Positions 22,357-36,746 of a DNA stretch of 64,000 bases are shown piece by piece. Within the stretch, counting starts at the first letter, position 1; every line of letters begins with the position of its first letter. The notes under the pieces were generated by a model that searched no databases, was not told where the DNA came from, and saw nothing but the letters and a program-made list of their open reading frames with translations. This DNA comes from Rotaria socialis (lineage: Eukaryota): positions 62,001-126,000 of the forward strand of contig CAJNYD010000236.1 in the NCBI GenBank assembly GCA_905331295.1. Direction: 5' to 3'. The position numbers and the translations under genes were made by a program.

Positions 22357-24803
22357 GCTACAAAAGAACAAAAGAAGAAGAAAAAGAAATAAGTCAATAT
22401 CAACGAATGATAAAGAGACATAAAAATTGTGTAATGTAATTCATTAGATTAATGTCAAAAAGCTAGAAGATCAAATAACTTTGAATAGCTAGACAGCAAG
22501 TATAGACACACAAGGCGCATGCATAGCTAATATATTTTGGACTATTAATCTTGCTACTTTAAAAAAAACAAAAATTTTCATATCAGAAACATAGTTAGAA
22601 GAGTAGACAGTTTGTTTTTGACTAGAATCCCGTTGAAAAGACAAAATATCATTCATTTCAGAGATTGTTATGAAGACCAATAAATTTTAATCCTTCTGAG
22701 AGTATAAAAAAAAAGAATTTGCCCAATAAATAGCGTGATGAAAGCATTCTAATCACTTTTTTTTCTAGAGATTTACAGATATTTTTAGTGTAATAACATC
22801 TATTATAGTTCCGAATCTCTAGATAGACGCACTAGACTATGTTTATGATATAAATAAAATACATGGCTATAATAATATTCAGATTTAAAAGAAGAATCTA
22901 AATTGATTGTTGTTATCGAGAAATTATGAAGCTAAAAATATTGTCCTCTTTTTAATCGATTTTGAATCGAGAATAGTATATTGAGAGATATTATATTCGA
23001 AAATTTAACTTTAATGATTCTTAGTAAAACAGATAATCTAATAAATTAGTTTCAAACAAGAATTATGTATGCATAATAATAGTTGATTTGTCGCCAATAC
23101 TTTTCAAATATAATAATATTAATCAGTGATGAATGATCATATACAAAAAGAAAAATTTGAAACACCTATCTATCATGTTTCTGTGGAGTTTCTTGACGAT
23201 ATTAGTTATTTATGATCTTGATGATTTACTGTTTAATAGAACATGAGATAGAACCTTCAATCGGTAGTTCTTTGTCCTATCCATTGGTATTATAAGATAT
23301 TATCTAATTTATCAATGCTAATTCATACAGAATATTTGTCTTATACTATTAATCAGATTTAGTAAAAAGCCGAAGAACGCTTACATTATTCTCAATATTC
23401 AGTTTTTGATTCTAATCTTGATGTTTGCCATTGTCAGATTGATGAGAAAATAAAATATGCCTTTATTTTTTCTGTTATTTCACAACAAGTCGAACATAAA
23501 ATCCAATTATTTTCTGTATCAGCTGTTAACACTAATTACTTCAACAGTCAAATATAATTTACAACATATTTATATTGTTACCAATGCAAGACTAATATAT
23601 AGAATGTTCTGAGAAATGCTTTCTATGTTTTTAACTCAATCATAGTTAAATATATGTTAGCAGTAAAAGAGAAGAAAAAAGCTATGCGATAGACATTGAT
23701 GATTCTCGTTTTCTTCTCTTTTTGGAATTCCTATTCAAAATATCAAAATACGAATTTGTACGACTTAAAAAAATGAAAAACAAAATTAGAATAATATATT
23801 TAAATAGAATTCAATGATATAATCTACAGTTTAATTAGTAATTCTAATTATATTCTTGGTTTTGATAGATTAATCTAGCTCACGTTGTTTTTCCGGTTCT
23901 TTTCTTGATCTATACAAGTAGATTACTATAGAAACTATGTCTAGTTTTACATCGTATTTATAATCAGACTTAAAGATACAGATTAAGACATGGAAGAATG
24001 AATAGTTAAGTAAGACATGTCATGCATCAATTTTATTTGTCGAATAGAACACGATCAGTAAATTGATGAGTAAAGGACATTCTAAATATTTGAATTGTAA
24101 GTCATCAATCTCTTATTTCTCTTTTTCACACAATTCGCATAGAAAATTTTTTTTCTGTTTTTGAGAATAGTTATGCCGATTAAGGAAAAAAAGAAGAAGT
24201 CAGATAATCAATCATTATAGATATTATTAAGAGAGAAAAAAAGAAGAAGATTATTCCCATGGTTCATTTTGAACCTAATTAAATTTATTAGATATATAGA
24301 TTTCTTTTCTTTTCCTTTTCCTATTCTTCATGATTTTTGGTAAATAATGATGATTGTATCACGCGAATGTTAATTAAAAGAGACTTACTTTTCCAATGCC
24401 TCCAAGATCCACCAGTGGAACATTTTTGTTATTGACAATAATATTTAAATCGCATAGAATTATAATCAAAATCTTATCGTCGTCAATTAAAAATGATTCT
24501 AAATAACAAGCAAAGAAGTTTAAATTCGAAAAACAAAACACGAAATAGGGCAAAGCTTACGTGTTTTATAAAGTAATGAAATCTACAAGAAGGAAAAGGA
24601 GAGAAACCAGAAAACCGAACTTCGTATTCAAATTGCTATAGTTTTCTTTCTGAGGTGTTAAACATTTATCATTAGTATGTAATGAGGTTCCAACTAGGAT
24701 TTCTTCCGTTGCTTCTGTGAATTAATGCTGTTCTTCACAGTGATATGTGGCTATATGCATGCCACGCCACACTACTTTTCTTCTACTTTTTTCCTGTTTC
24801 TGT

Positions 24804-24844
24804 CACACACACACACACACTCTCTCTCTCTCTCTCTCTCTCTC
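24804..24844. repeat. (CA)n(CT)n compound microsatellite
   Basis: Read directly from the sequence. Confidence 0.95.
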
Positions 24845-25489
24845 CTTCACTCTCTTTCTTTATACTGTGCTTTCACTCATTATCCGTCTATTTCTTTCTT
24901 TTTTTATCTATGAATTTGCATGATTTCTCAAGAGGCACCAATTCGTTTGTGTTTTTCACATGCTAGAAAATAGGTGCGTCTTTACATGTCAGAGTTTATA
25001 TTACTGAAAAGAAGATAATCGTTAATCGGACGAATGAACAAGCTATAGTTTTCTAATGTAATTGTCGAAGATGCAGAAAAACTTGATTGAATGGCGATTA
25101 GTACAATGAAGAAAGAGGAAAAGAAAGAAAGAACGGGAGTTATGTCTATAGACGTTAAACTTAATAGAAGTCTGTTTCTTCCTTTTTCTCTCTTTCTTAA
25201 CAGACTACAAGATAATTAAGTTTGGCGTAGGAGATCGGTGACGGACGGAGTAATCGAAATTTTAAATATTCAACCAGAGTTTCTATGTTTGACATATATA
25301 CACTTCTTGCGATAAGGAAAAGGAAAAAAGAATGAGAAACAGTTCGCATGAGATAAATAGAAGACTTGTTCTATGTGGAGCCCCTAGGAAAAGCAATCAT
25401 TATTCGATTACAGCTCATTTGTGATATTAGTTGTCTCCCATCACTATTCCTATAAATTTATTAGTCGATCCCGAGTGAACACGATGCGC

Positions 25490-25563
<74 letters not shown>

Positions 25564-25575
25564 TTGTGTGTGTGT
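25490..25575. repeat. (CT)n(TA)n(TG)n compound microsatellite
   Basis: Read directly from the sequence. Confidence 0.95.
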
Positions 25576-26366
25576 AAATGCATGTTTTCTTGTTCTATTT
25601 TCTGTCAGTAACTATCTTTGAATAGTACTCTTGATCGTTAGCCGAGATTGAAAGGAATACTTTACATGCATAAAAGTATTCGTTTGTTTGCATCTTGATC
25701 GAGAAAAGACAATACATTGAGAACAAGTGGGTAAACATATTGTTGATAACCCACTTGATGAGTATGTCGCATCACTACTGCCGATTCTCAGTCCGATAAT
25801 AAACGGGAAGCAGAGAAAAAGAAGCCGCCAAGAAAAGAACGAAACTCACACCGGAAGCATCATGGGGCCTTAGAAAGGACTATCATCATTTCACTATCTG
25901 AACAAAGACAATCGAACGCACACTTCCTTTTACTGCAAATGCACGTTTGACTGATTGCATAACTTTTCCATACGCAGGTGAATTTTCGGTTTAGATATGT
26001 AAGATTAGATAGAACTGAGATGATGAATACCAACACAGAATCAATCTTTAAGTATTATTTTAGACAAGTATGAAATTCATTTGCTATAATTCAAAAGAAA
26101 AAGAAACTAAAATAAAATAATCAGTAAAAAACTGAACTAACGACGAATGCTCTCATAAAAGTAACAAGCTGAAAACACATTGATGTGTAATGTAATGCAA
26201 TTTCAATGAAGAAGACCTCATATAGTCAGCATATAAAAAGTAGAGCGAGATAGAAAGAAATAGGAAAAAGTTGATGAATAACTAATGTAAAGATCTTTTA
26301 TATTTAGTAAGAGATATTTTTATTTGCATAAATAACTGTAAAACTAAACAAAAATAGAGCTAGAAT

Positions 26367-26367
<1 letters not shown>

Positions 26368-26404
<37 letters not shown>
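26368..26404. repeat. (AGAT)n tetranucleotide microsatellite
   Basis: Read directly from the sequence. Confidence 0.95.
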
Positions 26405-26460
26405 CGTACGTACATAGAGGAGAAATTTTTATGCGTGCATAATTAATACGATAGCAAAAT

Positions 26461-26530
26461 TAGAATATTATTTCAATATTTAAAGTTAATAGAATATTAT
26501 TTCAATATTTAAAGTTAATAGAATATTATT
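26461..26530. repeat. 29-bp tandem repeat, about 2.4 copies
   Basis: The unit TAGAATATTATTTCAATATTTAAAGTTAA occurs at 26461 and 26490, with a partial copy at 26519. Confidence 0.9.
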
Positions 26531-27521
26531 CAATAAATATTCTAATCAACAAACAAAGAAAAAATTTCTTTGAAATGCAAAGTAAACTCTCTCTCTCTGT
26601 CTCGTATGGATTATATATAATATAAGTATTTCGATAAAATCTATTTCTTTCCACGATTGTTCAAGGAGTTATTTATGTGTAAAGAAAAAGGAAAAAATTT
26701 GAAGATTTTTTTCCCCATCGGCAGTTATGACATTACATTAATTATGTGATATGATAATCACTGAAGTAAATAATTTAGTTTTTCATTTTATTAACGTAAC
26801 AGCCAAAGAATCCTGCTGACATTTTTAAAAATGCCATTTTCTGTATCTTTGGCGTATTTTACAGATTTTTCTTGTCAACCAATGCATCATTTTTAAAGCT
26901 TGTAATAAATAAATAAAAGTTTTTTTTTAATATGTGACTATGAATTAAAAATAAAGAACTATCCTTGGAGAAAAACATTATTAATAGCTGTTATTTTGAT
27001 GATTTCCTTCTTATGTTCACGCAAGAATTTTCTTTCATCTTGATCATTCAATCAATCAACGAACTATTACAATCGTTAGCTCGATGTTTCATTTAGTTTT
27101 AACAATAAATTATAAACTTTTTATATAAAAGGTATTTTGTAAAAGAGAAAGAGAAAAAAATCCAACATTAATAGTAAATAATACCAATCAATCAATTTTA
27201 ATGCTTTTTTGAGTATTTTAAAGAACCAATTACATTACTAAATATACAATAGCTTTCAAATTTTATTTCTAGAAAAATACTGAAGAGAAAAACGATCTTC
27301 TATGGATGCTTTAGTTTTTCTTTTTCTTTTATTCATTTATTTGTAGTCATAATCATCATAAAATTTGCCATTTTACTTATTGCTCGTTATATCATAAAGA
27401 ATGCATGAAACCAATTTATTTTGCTTTGATAAATAATTCATTAAAATTGGAAAAATTAAAAAAAAAGAACATTCCAGCCACCATTTATTCAGATTTTATT
27501 TTTGTTTATCAAAAAACGTTC

Positions 27522-27752
27522 TTATTCCAATATATCTTCTGGACAAAAACACCTAACGCAGCTAGTTTTTGAGCGAACAAAAGTTGTACTAGGATAATCG
27601 CATGGTGCACCAGGACATTTCTCTTCACATGCATTGAAACACGCTTGTTGACAGTCATTACCCGATGCTTGAACCTGGTAATGATCAGTAGCATCAATCA
27701 TCAATAAAGATAAACAAAAGACAAACAGGGAGAATATTGATAATAGTCTCAT
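27522..27752 (-). CDS. Small secreted cysteine-rich peptide (defensin-like candidate)
   Basis: Signal peptide MRLLSIFSLFVFCLSLLMIDA, then a 55-aa mature region with 8 Cys (C-x3-C-x3-C-x3-C-x4-C-x13-C-x2-C-x-C). A GTGAGT donor near 27821 and a TA run near 27881-27901 lie upstream. Confidence 0.7.
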   Translation of the reverse strand: MRLLSIFSLFVFCLSLLMIDATDHYQVQASGNDCQQACFNACEEKCPGAPCDYPSTTFVRSKTSCVRCFCPEDILE

Positions 27753-29446
27753 TATGTAAAATTTATTCTATATTAAAGAAAAATACTCTTCATGTATAAC
27801 AGATAATATAATTCATACTCACAAAACGACTCTTGATCAAGGAATGAAAATTTTGTTGAAGTAAATTAGTATCGATCAGTTATATATATATATATATATA
27901 TGAATCCATTAAAAAAAACTTATTTTTCTGCCTCCGCATCATGTGCTACCCTAATTACTATTTAAACAATACTTTAAATATACTGGTACCACATGATAGA
28001 GTCAATTAAATCTCCTTTGAAAATGCCCCCTTCATCTTTTTTTGGTGCTATTATTACACGAACACAAAAATGATTTATCGAATATTAGAAAATAATCATA
28101 GCATATATATATATATATGCGATATTAATTTGTTAAATTGCTAATGATATAATAATCATTTTTAATTTGATACAGTAATATGGTTTACACATTCAATTGA
28201 AATAGGAAGCTCACATTAGACAATCCAATACTATAATTAAATCCTGCTGTTGTCATGGAATAATATCGAAAGTAAACTATAATGGGGTGATTTACTCGAT
28301 CTAGGAAAAATAATTACCATTCATTTATCAACAAAAGACGAATCACTAAAAATGATTATAGCAATGTTCAATGAGCATATTCTCAATTGGACTCGTTTTT
28401 CCGAAAAGCAAAACAATTTCAACAATTTCATATAGATATAAGCATCTTTCGGCATAGAAAACTCTTAGTTCATCTATTAAGATAGAATTGTGTGTTGTTT
28501 TTGTAATAGTTTAATCATAATCTTCCTTTTCGTAAACTTCATTATAATACTTCCTCTGAAAATTGCTTAAATTATACAAAGCAAACGGAAACTAACAATT
28601 ACAGAAAAAGTTATCATAGATTCAAATTTTCCGGATGCTGCTTTCTACAGGACGATAGAATTATAATTGTAAAAAAAATGACACTAATTTCTGCGAGGTG
28701 TTATGCTCGATCGAGCTGAAAATTGTTTTTTACAATCACTACATACACTTCGAGGCGGAACCACTTTTAGTTTGTTCAAGTAAAAGTACCATCACATTCC
28801 AGTTGCCATGAAGTCACATTCTTGTTTTTTTTTGAATGCAACTTCTACCCGAGAGCTAAGAAAAATAACTTAAGTGCTTTTTTATCCGAAACAAAACAAC
28901 TAGGCATTTCAAAATATTTTGAGTATCTGTAGAAATAGCTTCCGTTCGGAAAAAAAAGTACCATGCCAGAACAGCGAGAGTGTTTTTATACTTTTTTCAC
29001 GAAAATTGATTTGAAAACAGCTTGAAAATATTTAGTTTTTAATAGTTCTGTTTTGTAAATGTGATTTTATCTCGAATTTCTTTAAGTTCCAAAACAATTC
29101 TTGAATTCTCAAATATATTCAATAGATAGATACTAGTGACTTCATACAATGCGATAGTCGTGAAATAACCAAAATTTGTCAGAAAAAGAAAGCGTTTAGG
29201 CCATGAAAGGAAGGAAACAGCACTCTTATTCATCGACTATTATACTTTATAATACAATGCCAGTAAGAGCAACAGCTTATTACAAATTGCGAAAAATGTC
29301 TTTGGCTTCTTCTTCAGACCAACGTTGACAAAATTGTATAAATTTAGAAGAAATTGCTATTAAATAAACATCATTCAATATAGAAACTAAATTTAGATGA
29401 TATTGAAAATTTGAATATATATTGACTACAATTTTTTTGGCTACAG

Positions 29447-30107
29447 CTTGATTGCGGACATTTTATTCCTCCAATTAAGAGAAAACGTCCGCAAAGTAGA
29501 AACAGGGGGAGAGAAACAAAAATAGTCGCAGAGTGGAAAATGTCCGCAAAGCAGAATCGGGGCAAGAGGAGAGAAAAAAATGTCAGCATTATGGAATCAA
29601 GACAAGATTTATTAGGTGAAAAAAATACAGAAAAGTCATTTATGAAGAATAGTTGAGCATCTAACTGTGTTAGGTTGATAATCAAGATTCATTCCAAAAT
29701 GATAATTTTTAAAAACTATACGATCTTTATTAGATTGTGTTTAAAGTGGAGAAAAGTTATCATCTTTCACAATGGACATTTTTATTTGATTCGTCTAGGT
29801 TTAACTTCGCCACTTTCAATGTTTTTCTTTCACAATAAACATGCTTATAAAATGACCAGGATGACATGCGATGAACAACACTAGACTAGCTCGAAACAGT
29901 TGATATTATTCAGTACACCTATTTGCATGAATCATCTTAAAATATCAATTTTCCTTTGATTCCACAATGCGTACATTTTTTGCTCTCTTCCCCCCGATTC
30001 TGTTTTGCGGACATTTTCCACTCTGCGACTATTTTTGTCTCTCTCCCCCTGTTTCTACTTTGCGGACGTTTTTTTCCAACAATTAAGAAAAAACGTCCGC
30101 AATCAAG
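29447..30107. mobile_element. Non-autonomous DNA transposon (MITE) with ~140-bp terminal inverted repeats
   Basis: 29447-29590 (CTTGATTGCGGAC...GTAGAAACAGGGGGAGAG...TAGTCGCAGAGTGGAAAATGTCCGCAAA) is the reverse complement of about 29967-30107. Confidence 0.85.
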
Positions 30108-33100
30108 AAGACGCGATTGAGATATTACTGTGCAGCTTCTCTAATTAATTCTCTGGAAAAATAACTACAAAGGCATGCCTTCTAATTGAACATGAAAAAG
30201 CAAAGCCGTGAGTTTTCTATGGAAATGGTTTCAAAAGCTGGCTGAGTTGTTTGCGTTGAGTGCATCTACCCTGTGGACAATCGAATGTGAGAATATATTG
30301 TGTAGTTTGGTTCATTGTAGATTGCCTACTCCAAAGTACATTTGATAATTGAAAATTCATTGTAGTCACAGCAAAACGTACAGTACCTTTGAAGAAGAGT
30401 AAGGTAACAAAACATTTGTTAAATCATCATATCCACTTTTCAAAGGTAATTCATGGGAAGATCTAATTATCTTGTTTCCACCAAAAGTGATTCAAAAGAA
30501 TATTAATTATGTTTTTTTAATGAGAGTTAATTTATTGGTAGAAATACAACAGACTTATTTTTATTTATGAAATTAATTTGAAAAAAAAAACATTTTCATT
30601 ATATATCTAGATCGATGTTAACGATATTAAATGAATTCTCAGAAAGAAAGAGAATTTATCTTCAAAAATTGATTCACTTGTGTCGGCAATAGAAAAATAC
30701 GAAAACGAAATCGAGAAATCGGTGGCCAATGCCAATTGAATAAAGAATTTGTTTGTTTCTTGGATTGCATGAAATATCATATCTAACAGCTCATCGCTTG
30801 TATTTCGTTTATCTGTTGCAGATAGTGTTTTGCCCACGTTAACCTTTTAATGAAAGACTTCGATATCAGATCTTTCCTTGCAACAATAGCATTCAGACAA
30901 ATATTTGATGATGATCCGTTGTCATCTGTATGTATATATATATATATTTGAAACTCGTCTAAACGTGACACAGTTTTGAAACAATGAGAGTTTGCAGTTT
31001 GCTTCAAATTATGCGATTCTGAGCAGATGTGTTGTGTTCGTTCGAAAAAAAAATTTCCGACGCCAAGAAAGTTCTATATAAGACAAGCACTAAAATCTGG
31101 TGAATTCTCAAGACTCTTTTACTTCAAAGATTCAATTATACTAGCTTTTACCAATTTACCTTCGAATAATGAAATTAATTACTAGTCAGCGTTCTGCACG
31201 ATATGTCTGCGATAAAACATGAACATGATATTTACGCTATGCCTCAGGGTGTGATACAGTCTCTCTATATGTTGCGTTTAGTTTGCTATCACGTCATAAT
31301 AACGCATAAACTATTTAGTCTTTTTGGCATTCGAGGTTTTCATATTAAACCATTTTATTTTATTTGTTATGTTGTTTTTACTTCCATCCGATCGTCACTA
31401 TATTTTGCTTTCGCCGAGTTACTATGACCAATTTGACTGACAAAGACTAAAAGAAACGTTGTAGCTTTAATTAGTATGTTTATTTGTCTTCGCTTTCTGT
31501 ATAAAAGATAATGGTAGTCGTCAATGCATTAGGACGAATTAATGAACCAGCATAATACACGTAGGCGAATTGGTTACCATTCGAGTAGAAAAGCAAAATA
31601 CAGCTTAATAAAAATTATTTGCAATCCTTCTGTTGATTTAGAATACTTTGACGTCATCTGTAAAACATTTTTTCGTGCCAATTTACTAAAATTTTCAAAG
31701 AATGAGCATGAGCGAAAATTTATTGAATCATGAACGATAACAGCTGCATGCTTTTTTCCCGAAAGGAAATACTAGATATATTCGATTAGTAAGTAATAAT
31801 GATATGATTCCTTTTACTACAACTATCAGCTGACCTATTGTAACCCCTACGAGAACGACTATTAAAGCGCGTAGAGGACTAGGTTTTAGTCAGGTAAATT
31901 TTACTATCTATGCCAGAAATGTATTTCGGATTTCTTTACTGTAAAATAAAAAGGTGCCACTTTATGTTTCCATTCGATTCTATGTTTGATCAAAAAATGG
32001 CAACCGATGGATTATTATTTGAACAGTCACATTTTACCTAGATTCTCATTAAATTCATCTTGTTCCCGTTCCAAAATTCGACTAACCTCGTTATTCGTTT
32101 GTTCGATGGCGGTGATTGTGTCTATATATAAATTCGCTTGCACCTTTCATATATATATATATATTTATCATCTTTATAATGTGTATATTGTGTAGCATTC
32201 AGGTATTTGTAGGTAAACATAGAAACGACAAGCCTCTTAAGCCCGTAGAAATACAAAGACGATAGCATTTTTCACATGCTTTATACTTAGCTGATTTCAG
32301 CAGCTAGATTTCACTATTCAAATTATCCTACTATTTAAAGAAGCAGGTTTAACATCACTGAAGTTTAATGTGAAGACAAAATCAATTTTTTTTCATCTTC
32401 ATAACATTGAAATAATAAGGTCGATTGCTAGTTTATGAGAAATGATATAGAGCCGACTCAATAATCAATATTATGCAACATTAAGATTTTTACGAAGCGA
32501 TTGTTAATATTTTGAATATTGCATTTACAAATACCTAAAAAGATCATGAATCTGCGAAAGACGTTAGTACAAGAATCATTGTTTTGACGAGCAACGTTCG
32601 CATCAGATTAATCAACGAGAGGTTTGTTGGTAAATCCACTTACTCGTATTATGACGCTCATTTTCTGTTCACACACACACACACACCCTCTAGGACTAAT
32701 GTCGATGTTTTTCGTCATTAAAACGGCAGAAAAAGTAAAATTTAGCACTATGCTTACAGAATTTCATTTAGGTCAATTTCCGCTTCCATCCTGTTAGTAT
32801 ATGTATTTTAGTGTAAAATCGATTATTGAATCTGTTCTGTTCTCTCACTCGCATCTGTACGCACACCTTTTTTTTAGTATTATGGAGTCGTTAAAACATG
32901 CACTAGATGATTCGCTAAATAGTCACCCATTATTTTCAAGTAACAAAAACGTCTCTGAATAATAAATTTATTTCTAGCTTCATTCAACTGAAGAAAATCT
33001 ACTCATTTATAGAAATACAAGAAAAACATATACTCATTATATTTTTGTAGGCCACCATAAGAAAGATCCTACATTTTTTTTCCAGTATTTCGTGTCAATC

Positions 33101-34206
33101 TAAATAAACAAATCATGTCTGTCTAAAAGGAATCATATAAATATTCATTTGTTTTTAAATAGATACACAATGTTTATTAGCTATTCGATCGAAACTAGCT
33201 GTGATTATGGTCACAACATAAAGACTTATATGCATAGATGCCTGCCTGATCCACAACAATTGTCTTAATCATTCAAAGCAATACTTCTAACATACTTTTT
33301 AAACAGAGAATGATACATGGGATAAAAGTATTACTGTAAAAGATTCTCTTTTTCTCTTAATAGAATTTCTAACAAGCAAAAATAATTTTATCTTTCTACA
33401 TATTCAGAGGCTAAAAAAACAGTGCCAATATGTTTTCACTTTTTCTCACTCTGTCTTCTGACACAAATCTAGCAAAACAATTTGTTTTAAGGTCGATCAA
33501 AATATTTTTGTTACATTACTATACTTCATACTGTTAATTCTTTGATAATATTCAACTCTATATTATAATGAATGCAGCTTTTAATTCAATATTGATGTTA
33601 TTCTATATAAGTGTTTTCAAATAACGTAGTATATTCTTGATAGATGGGATCAATTACAGCGTAAAATATATTTTGCATAAAAAAAATATGTTTTAACCAG
33701 AATTATAGGAAGCAACAACTTTATTTCAATAGGCAATTGTAGCTGTTTTTTGACATCCAGTTGGTTCACCATTATGAATTCACATCTCATGTACATTCGA
33801 GTGATCGACATCCCGAGTCAATGTTGCCAATATATTGAAGACATTTGTCGTTTATTTGAACAAAACTAGCATCGGCGATGATCATTAAAAAATAGTAATA
33901 ATTATTTTTGACATCTTTTATATTTATTCTAACAACTTGCTTATTGGTTAGTTATTTTCTACTGTGTTTTATAGCTAAAAATACATGCTATGAGAAAACG
34001 AAAGATCTTTGATTAATCTTAACATGCGAATGTTAACATACGGTTATTGAATTGATAATATTTCATAATGACGTTGCTTCGTGAAAACAGAGTTTGATCA
34101 GCCGCATTTTTTTTCGTATAAATTATGTTTTAGAATAAAAAATAGAATTTATTTTCTTTACAATTATATCATGATTGAAAAAAACAAAAAATCATACACA
34201 TAAAAT

Positions 34207-36746
34207 TTATAGTGTAACTTCAAGTTCATTCTCCGAGTCTTCGTCGCCACTGCCCGTAAATGATTTTGATTCGTTATGTTCGGGTATTGAATTTGCTTCT
34301 CGTTGTATACGTAATTGATTATTTTCATATTTGAGTCGTTCAATATCATCAAAAGCTTCTTTAAGATGAGTTTTCATCGCTTCATAACTCATCTGTAATT
34401 CTTCCATTTTATCTGATTCATGCTTTTGATTTTTCTTCGCTTTTATTGATGTTTTTTTTGGACTTGTTTCATTAGAATGCAGATTTTTCGAAAAAATACA
34501 CTCAGCAAATGAATCCATACCCTTATAACCACCTGCCATGACGGTATTTTCTAATTGTATTGTATTATGGCGTTGCATCGTTGTATTCGGTTTTGTTAAT
34601 GGCTTTATATTAGATGTTGAATTTGCACGTGCAATTCTTGATAAGCGTTCTGCTTGTTGAACTTTTAATGCCTAGAAAAAAATAATAAACACTTGAATCC
34701 AATAATAGATCCTTTTAGATTCGATAATGAATAAAATCATGAACATATCAAAGAATTGAATCTCGAGAAAACCTTAAGGAGAATTTCATATTAGGCTTCT
34801 ATAGAGAACACCAATATTCCACAAAGAACTGTCAAACTCGACCAGTTTAATTATAGAAATCTAGAAAAAATTGAATGGAGTTTTATGTTCTATTTGTTTT
34901 GATCAAGTCTCAAAAAATATTCGTTGTATACTTTAGGTTTTCAGTATCTTTACTAAATTGATATAGATACTATGTAATATGATGTTCCTCGGCAGTTGAT
35001 ATGTCCGTAGAGATAAATATATATCAATGACAATCGCTTAGATTCGCCCACAGATATATCATGAAATCAATCAGACTACAAGATATCATTTATCAATAGG
35101 CAAACACTTGATAGGTACAATAGCAGAAAGATAAATATCTCAGTCATAGTGTTTTTCTTTGATTTACACACTATATGCAGTTTCTCAAAGTTTGCATGTA
35201 TTTTATTCTGTCAGTCAGAAGATAGCTACATTTAGAAGAAATACATTATTGAAACAAAATTCTAGCTATTCGATCTTAGTCAACGGATTTGAGCAATTCT
35301 TAAGAATTGGATAAAAATTTTATCAATGAAGTGAGTGGCTAATAAATATGACGAAGAAGAAGCAATGAACAAAAAATAGAATCTAGCATTTTTCGCTTCT
35401 AAATCGACTACGAGACTGTTCGATCTGAATGTGTTAACGGTATGTATCAAAATGAGTGAACGATAGAAGAGCGAAAAAAAAGAGCCAAAGAAAAAATGTC
35501 GAACGAAAAAATGCCGAATGGAAAAAATAGCGAAAGCATTTATTTTAATATTTTTAGACTGCTCAGATGAAGATTTTATATTGCCTGATAAAATTTTAGG
35601 TACATCAAAAAATGAAATGAATCAAGCATAATTAGTTATAAAAATTAATAAAAAGAAAATATTTCTTTATGTATAAGTTTATTTCTTTTGTTTGGCTATG
35701 GTGAGTGAGAAGTCATCTAATAATTGATCAGCATCTATTTCAAAAAAGCATTCTGTATATTTGTATGTATGCGCGCATTTCATCCATTTCTTCCGCAAAT
35801 CCAATATTTTTTTAATACTGTTTCGTTTTTTATTCGATATATAAAATCGTTTAAAATTAGCAGAGAATTGCCTTTATTAGAGATGGTAAAAGCTACAGTG
35901 CTTGTATTCGATGTCATCGAAATTTATACTAAATTAACAACAAGTGATAAACAATGGAAAAAAAATAAGGTATGGCGTATCTTTATTTCGTTATATCTTT
36001 TGTGTACTTTGTGTTTATTCCGTTAGCTAGATTGGGCGATGATACTATTGACGAAAAACGTTAGGCAGTGAAAATAGATAACACAAGAAAACGGAGGAAT
36101 AAAATATCACTGACTGAATTTTCAAATTCAAAAAGACATTTATGGAAAAATATACCCTTCGCCATTTTCATACGATCGCCATTTTTATTTTTCGCTATTA
36201 TTGTGTTCGACATTTTTTCGTTCGCTCATTTTAATGCCATTCAAGTTAACTAATTACATCTATCAACGTCTAAATTTAGTGATAGGTGTGAAGAAATAAT
36301 AAATCTTCATCATTCGTAATTCGATTTCAATAGATTCGATAGCTGTAATCCTTCTTTGTGGATAATACATTAGTGGAGTTTCTCTGAGATATTTACCTGT
36401 TCTGATCGATCTTTTAAACGACATAAATCAATTATTTTTTCACATTGTACTATTTGTGCTTCTAAAATTGATACTAAATTATTATCATTTAGATTAAGCT
36501 GAATTGCTTTAAAATATTCTAAAAAAACAAAAACCAATGTAGAAAAGAAGAAAAAAAGATGTTCGGCGAACCTATTGCATGTAAATAATGTTTAATGGCG
36601 TGTGCCCATTCATGTGTAGATGCTTGAATATCACCTAAACGAATTTGTTGGTGAGCCTAATTCAAAAAGATATTTTTAATTAACTATTAATTCAATTAAG
36701 CAAAAACACGCACATGGGGAAGTGACGGTGGGTTTTCAAGTGCCAT
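34207..36746 (-). CDS. NRBF2: Nuclear receptor-binding factor 2 / Atg38-like (MIT domain + C-terminal coiled coil); exons 36746-36714, 36656-36572, 36518-36397, 34671-34207
   Basis: The spliced N-terminus MALENPPSLPH/AHQQIRLGDIQASTHEWAHAIKHYLHAI/EYFKAI...SILEAQ matches the NRBF2 MIT helix (L..AHQQ.R..D...AI..H..A..Y). The C-terminal 'KMEELQMSYEAMKTHLKEAFDDIERLKYENNQLR' matches the NRBF2 coiled coil. Confidence 0.8.
35445..36238. mobile_element. Old MITE with degenerate sub-repeated TIRs inside NRBF2 intron 3
   Basis: The left end AAAATGAGTGAACGA...AAAAAATGTCGAACG...AATAGCGAAA is mirrored by the right end TTTCGCTATT...TTCGACATTTTTTCGTTCGCTCATTTT. Confidence 0.55.

Noticed and set aside
24725..25621. 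ORFs with HTHT/SLSL/YIYI/CVCV runs
   Set aside because: They are translations of dinucleotide microsatellites.
26461..26530. 29-bp repeats as a CRISPR array
   Set aside because: They are head-to-tail with no spacers, the context is eukaryotic and there are no cas genes.
28620..29040. Repeat-like sequence, possibly a transposon fragment
   Set aside because: No paired termini or TSD could be found within the window.
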